The notes under the pieces were generated by a model. The model did not search any database. It worked only from the letters and a program-made list of their open reading frames with translations, and was not told the DNA's origin. 64,000 nt of DNA from Candidatus Auribacterota bacterium. GTDB lineage: Bacteria > Auribacterota > JAFGBW01 > JAFGJP01. This document shows positions 60,057-64,000 of the stretch, piece after piece. Both the position numbers and the translations under genes were made by a program. The stretch's first letter is position 1. Each line of letters begins with the position of its first letter. The stretch is taken from contig JAGLFH010000001.1 of assembly GCA_023144635.1 (NCBI GenBank), forward strand, positions 10,324 through 74,323. The letters run 5' to 3'.

Positions 60057-60737
60057 ATGTTTGAAAACTTGTTGGATTTTTGGAAAGGAAAAGATTTTTT
60101 AAATGAGGTTTTAAAAGAATTCGGCGGAATGATCGATATGACACATTCCATGTATGATGCTGCGATAAAATCACTTTTGGAATTCAAAAAAGATGAAGAA
60201 GCCAAACAGATGATATATTCATATGATAGAAAAGTTAATGAAGCAGAAAAAAATATACGCCGCCGCGTTATAGAACATCTTACAATAAACCCGTCAGTAG
60301 ATACTCCTACTTGTCTTATACTTATGAGTGTTGTTAAAGATGTTGAGCGAATTGGTGACTATGACAAAAATCTTTATGAGGCAGCAGAACTTCTACAAGA
60401 ACCACTTCCTGAAGAATTAAAGGAAAAATATTTGAATCATCTTGTTGAAAGAGGTAATGAACAGTTTGAATTTACTAAAAAAGCTTTTATAAAATCAGAT
60501 AGAACACTTGCGGAAAAGGTAATGAAAATGGAAGGATACATTATTCACCATGCTGATAGCTATATAAAGGAGCTTTCTCAATCAGATCTTGATGTGAATA
60601 CAACGGTATCTTTAGTGCTAAGTGTGCGTTATCTTAAAAGAATTGCTGCTCATCTTGCCAATACAGCATCATCTGTTATTATGCCTGTAAGCGACATTGA
60701 TTTTTATTATAAAAAGAAAAAAGATAAGGATAAATAA
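60057..60737 (+). CDS. PhoU-domain protein, copy 2
   Basis: Paralog of 57997-58680; start aligned to MFENLLDFWKG (ORF track starts at 60036). Confidence 0.85.
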   Translation: MFENLLDFWKGKDFLNEVLKEFGGMIDMTHSMYDAAIKSLLEFKKDEEAKQMIYSYDRKVNEAEKNIRRRVIEHLTINPSVDTPTCLILMSVVKDVERIGDYDKNLYEAAELLQEPLPEELKEKYLNHLVERGNEQFEFTKKAFIKSDRTLAEKVMKMEGYIIHHADSYIKELSQSDLDVNTTVSLVLSVRYLKRIAAHLANTASSVIMPVSDIDFYYKKKKDKDK

Positions 60738-60746
60738 TCAGATTAA

Positions 60747-61625
60747 ATGAAAAAATGGTGTGAATGCAAAATTGAAGTTAAAAAGGGAAACCAAAAGATA
60801 TTAGAAAACTTTTTAAGTAATTATCAGTTTTGTTCTTATTCTGTTTATCAAAAAAGCTTTTCCAGAAAAGCTGAAATAAGGGCATTTATTCCTTTTTCAA
60901 AAAGAAAGAAGTTTTTGCAAGAACTCTATAGTGCAATAGAACTCATACCTATTATTTCAAAAGATCCCAGCACTCCTACTATACACGTCAGTTTTAAGAA
61001 AAATGATGAATATACTGATGAATGGAAAAGGTATTTTAAACCTTTAAAAATAGGGCGATTTGTAATTAAACCAACATGGGAAGAATGGAAAGCAAAAAAA
61101 GGTGAGCTGGTCTTAGAAATGGATCCCGGCATGGCCTTTGGAACGGGACAGCATTTTACCACATGTTATTGTATTAAATTACTGCAGAAGTACTCATTAA
61201 AAGGGCTGGATTTTATTGATGTGGGATGCGGAAGCGGGATATTAAGTATAGTTGCAGAAAAGTTAAAAGCAAAGACTATTACAGGTTTAGATATTTCAAG
61301 AAGTGCTGTTAATACTTCAAAGGAAAATTTCAAAAAGAACTGTACTTCAAAAAATGCTGAATTTAAATGCATGAGACTTGAAAGGATGTCTTTAGAAAAG
61401 GATTTTGACCTGGTTGTTGCAAACCTAACAGATACTGTTATTGTAAATAATGCTTTTATTCTTAAATCACTGGTAAGAAATAACGGAATATTAATACTTA
61501 CCGGTATAAGGTTTAAAAAAATGAGTACAGTCATCTCACTGTTTAAGGATCTTCAAATTCTTGATTCCTCAAATGATTCAATACTTGAGTGGGGTGGTTG
61601 TGCATTTAGAAAAACAGCCAAATAA
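60747..61625 (+). CDS. prmA: Ribosomal protein L11 methyltransferase
   Basis: WKRYFKP, P.WE, DPGMAFGTGQH.TT, DVGCGSGILSI and VVANL. Confidence 0.93.
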   Translation: MKKWCECKIEVKKGNQKILENFLSNYQFCSYSVYQKSFSRKAEIRAFIPFSKRKKFLQELYSAIELIPIISKDPSTPTIHVSFKKNDEYTDEWKRYFKPLKIGRFVIKPTWEEWKAKKGELVLEMDPGMAFGTGQHFTTCYCIKLLQKYSLKGLDFIDVGCGSGILSIVAEKLKAKTITGLDISRSAVNTSKENFKKNCTSKNAEFKCMRLERMSLEKDFDLVVANLTDTVIVNNAFILKSLVRNNGILILTGIRFKKMSTVISLFKDLQILDSSNDSILEWGGCAFRKTAK

Positions 61626-61745
61626 ATATATTTTCTTATACTTTTAATATATAATCTCTTTTTATAAACATCGTAAGATTTATATTTAAGATAAATAAAA
61701 ATAATGAAAATTTGACAGCTTTATATCTATAAAGGGAGTTAAAAG

Positions 61746-64000
61746 ATGAGTGAAGGAGCCAAAAGTAAAGTAGGGCGTAAATGGGTAACAGTTCATAAAG
61801 ACATGTCGCATGACGGGCTTAAGACATCACTTCTTAATAACCGCGTCTGTACATTAGCAAAAGACCATCATACTGCTACTTCATATGATAATTATCTTGC
61901 CCTTGCTATAGCAATAAGAGACAGGCTTGTCGAGAGATGGATACTTACACAGCAGACATATCACAAGAGCAATCTTAAACGTGTCTATTATCTTTCTATG
62001 GAATTCCTGATAGGAAGACTTATGGGAAACAATCTAATAAATCTTGGATTAACTGATGCAACTGAAAAGGCACTTAATGACCTTGGGCTTGATCTTGATG
62101 TTATGCGTGAGCAGGAAACTGATGCCGGTCTCGGGAATGGCGGTTTAGGGCGGCTTGCTGCATGTTTTCTTGATTCAATGGCAACTTTAGGTATTCCGGC
62201 ACACGGTTATGGCATAAGATATGATTATGGCATTTTTCATCAGAGAATAGTAAACGGCTATCAGGTAGAACTTCCGGACGAGTGGTTAAGATTGGGCAAC
62301 CCATGGGAATTTGCGCGTTATGAGTATAAGGTAAGAGTAAAACTTTATGGACATACTCATATGTCGCGTGATAAAAATGGGAAACTGATGGTAAGTTGGA
62401 TCGATACAGAAGATGTTCTAGCGCTTCCTTATGATATTCCTATTCCGGGTTATGGCAATGATATTGTAAATACGCTCAGGCTTTGGTCTGCCCAAAGTAC
62501 AGAAGAGTTTGATTTTGATTATTTTAACCATGGAGATTACGAACAGGCTGTCTATCAAAAAGTGCTATCTGAAAACATATCAAAGGTATTGTATCCGAAT
62601 GATGCTCTTAGTCAGGGAAGAGAACTTCGCTTAAAACAGGAATATTTTTTTACTGCCGCAAGTATTAGTGATATATTAAGGCGATATAAATCAGAAAATA
62701 CTGATTTTCATAAATTGCCGGATCAGGTAGCAATTCAACTTAATGATACACACCCTTCACTTGCAATACCTGAGCTTATGAGGCTTCTTATGGATGAAGA
62801 AGGTCTTGATTGGGATGAAGCATGGGATATTACGATAAATTGTTTTGCCTATACTAACCATACTGTTATGCCGGAAGCTCTTGAAAAATGGTCTGTAAAG
62901 CTTTTTGAAAATCTTCTTCCCCGTCACTTACAAATAATTTTTGAGATAAACCAGCGTTTTTTACGTGATGCAGCTAACAGGTTTCCTGGAGATAACGAAC
63001 GCTTGAAGAATATGTCGATCATTGAGGAGGGCAGTCCTAAAAAAGTACGTATGTCTTATCTTTCAATAGTAGGAAGCCATTCTGTAAATGGTGTTTCTGC
63101 GCTTCATAGTGAGCTTATTAAAGCACGTCTTTTCCATGATTTTTACGAGCTTTATCCCGAAAAATTCAATAACAAGACAAACGGTATTACTCAAAGAAGA
63201 TGGCTTTTAAAAGCAAATACAAGACTTTCTGATCTTATTGGAGGAGTCATAGGTGATTCATGGATAATAGACCTTTATGAGATGAAAAGACTTCTTCAAT
63301 ACAAAGAAGATGCTTCTTTTGCTAAAAAATGGCGTGAAGTAAAAAAGGCAAACAAAGAATTTCTTGCGGATCATATTAAAGAAAAAATGGGAATACAAAT
63401 AGATCCTGAATCTATCTTTGATGTTCAGATAAAAAGGATACATGAATATAAGCGGCAGATCATGTTTTGTCTTTACATAATTTCAGAGTATTTAAAGATA
63501 AAGAAGGAACCTAATAAAGATGTTGTACCGCGCACGTTTATATTTGGAGGAAAAGCTGCTCCCGGCTACAAAATGGCTAAACTTTCCATAAAGTTCATTA
63601 ACAGTATTGCAGAAGTAATAAACAAAGATAAAATGATAAAGAATAAAATAAAGGTAGTCTTTCTCGAGAACTATTGTGTATCTCTCGCGGAAAAGATCTT
63701 TCCTGCAAGTGACCTTTCAGAGCAGATATCAACTTCTGGTACTGAAGCATCAGGAACAGGCTGCATGAAATTTATGATAAATGGAGCCCTTACAATTGGA
63801 ACTCTTGATGGTGCAAACATAGAGATGGCAGAAGAGGTAGGTAAGGAAAATATGTTTATTTTCGGGCTTACAACTGAGGAGATAGAAGACCTTAATAATA
63901 AAGGTTATAATTCTCAGGATTATATAGAAAACTCACCAATGCTTAAAAACATAATAAATCTGATAAAGACGAATTTCTTTTCTCCTGTAGAGCCCGGCCT
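61746..64000 (+). CDS. glgP: Glycogen/starch phosphorylase, truncated by window end (absent from the ORF track)
   Basis: Manual translation: YYLSMEFLIGR, GLGNGGLGRLAACFLDS, LRLKQEYF, QLNDTHP, YTNHT, KRIHEYKRQ and EASGTGCMK. Confidence 0.96.
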   Translation, partial: MSEGAKSKVGRKWVTVHKDMSHDGLKTSLLNNRVCTLAKDHHTATSYDNYLALAIAIRDRLVERWILTQQTYHKSNLKRVYYLSMEFLIGRLMGNNLINLGLTDATEKALNDLGLDLDVMREQETDAGLGNGGLGRLAACFLDSMATLGIPAHGYGIRYDYGIFHQRIVNGYQVELPDEWLRLGNPWEFARYEYKVRVKLYGHTHMSRDKNGKLMVSWIDTEDVLALPYDIPIPGYGNDIVNTLRLWSAQSTEEFDFDYFNHGDYEQAVYQKVLSENISKVLYPNDALSQGRELRLKQEYFFTAASISDILRRYKSENTDFHKLPDQVAIQLNDTHPSLAIPELMRLLMDEEGLDWDEAWDITINCFAYTNHTVMPEALEKWSVKLFENLLPRHLQIIFEINQRFLRDAANRFPGDNERLKNMSIIEEGSPKKVRMSYLSIVGSHSVNGVSALHSELIKARLFHDFYELYPEKFNNKTNGITQRRWLLKANTRLSDLIGGVIGDSWIIDLYEMKRLLQYKEDASFAKKWREVKKANKEFLADHIKEKMGIQIDPESIFDVQIKRIHEYKRQIMFCLYIISEYLKIKKEPNKDVVPRTFIFGGKAAPGYKMAKLSIKFINSIAEVINKDKMIKNKIKVVFLENYCVSLAEKIFPASDLSEQISTSGTEASGTGCMKFMINGALTIGTLDGANIEMAEEVGKENMFIFGLTTEEIEDLNNKGYNSQDYIENSPMLKNIINLIKTNFFSPVEPG

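Overview
AT-rich chromosomal window (about 30% GC by eye) from a diderm bacterium, since it carries kdsD and lptCAB. The Rho sequence, a DUF1559-like prepilin and the lpt-hpf-hprK-ptsH-ptsI order suggest a PVC-related lineage (inference). Most of it is housekeeping: rho, glmU, queH, folE, cysE, rplM/rpsI/rpsU, PTS core, mtnP, recD2, prmA, a truncated glgP and three tRNAs. The most unusual structure is non-coding. (1) A GIY-YIG nuclease gene sits between a degenerate copy of the tRNA-Ser 5' end and the intact tRNA-Ser. Both tRNA-Ser and tRNA-Lys are followed by a homologous structured element that ends in a locus-specific copy of that tRNA's own 3' end, split at the T-loop. (2) Several nested families of short palindromic or tile repeats fill the intergenic regions, including a ~125-bp inverted repeat around a three-gene cassette. 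(3) Three secreted paralogs, each with four Trp/Cys-rich ~127-aa repeats, sit behind six LacI/cre-like operators next to a sugar ABC transporter and hprK-ptsH-ptsI. There is also a phosphomutase-phosphoglucose isomerase fusion and a tandem Na/Pi-PhoU duplication. All alignments were done by eye and no database search was run.
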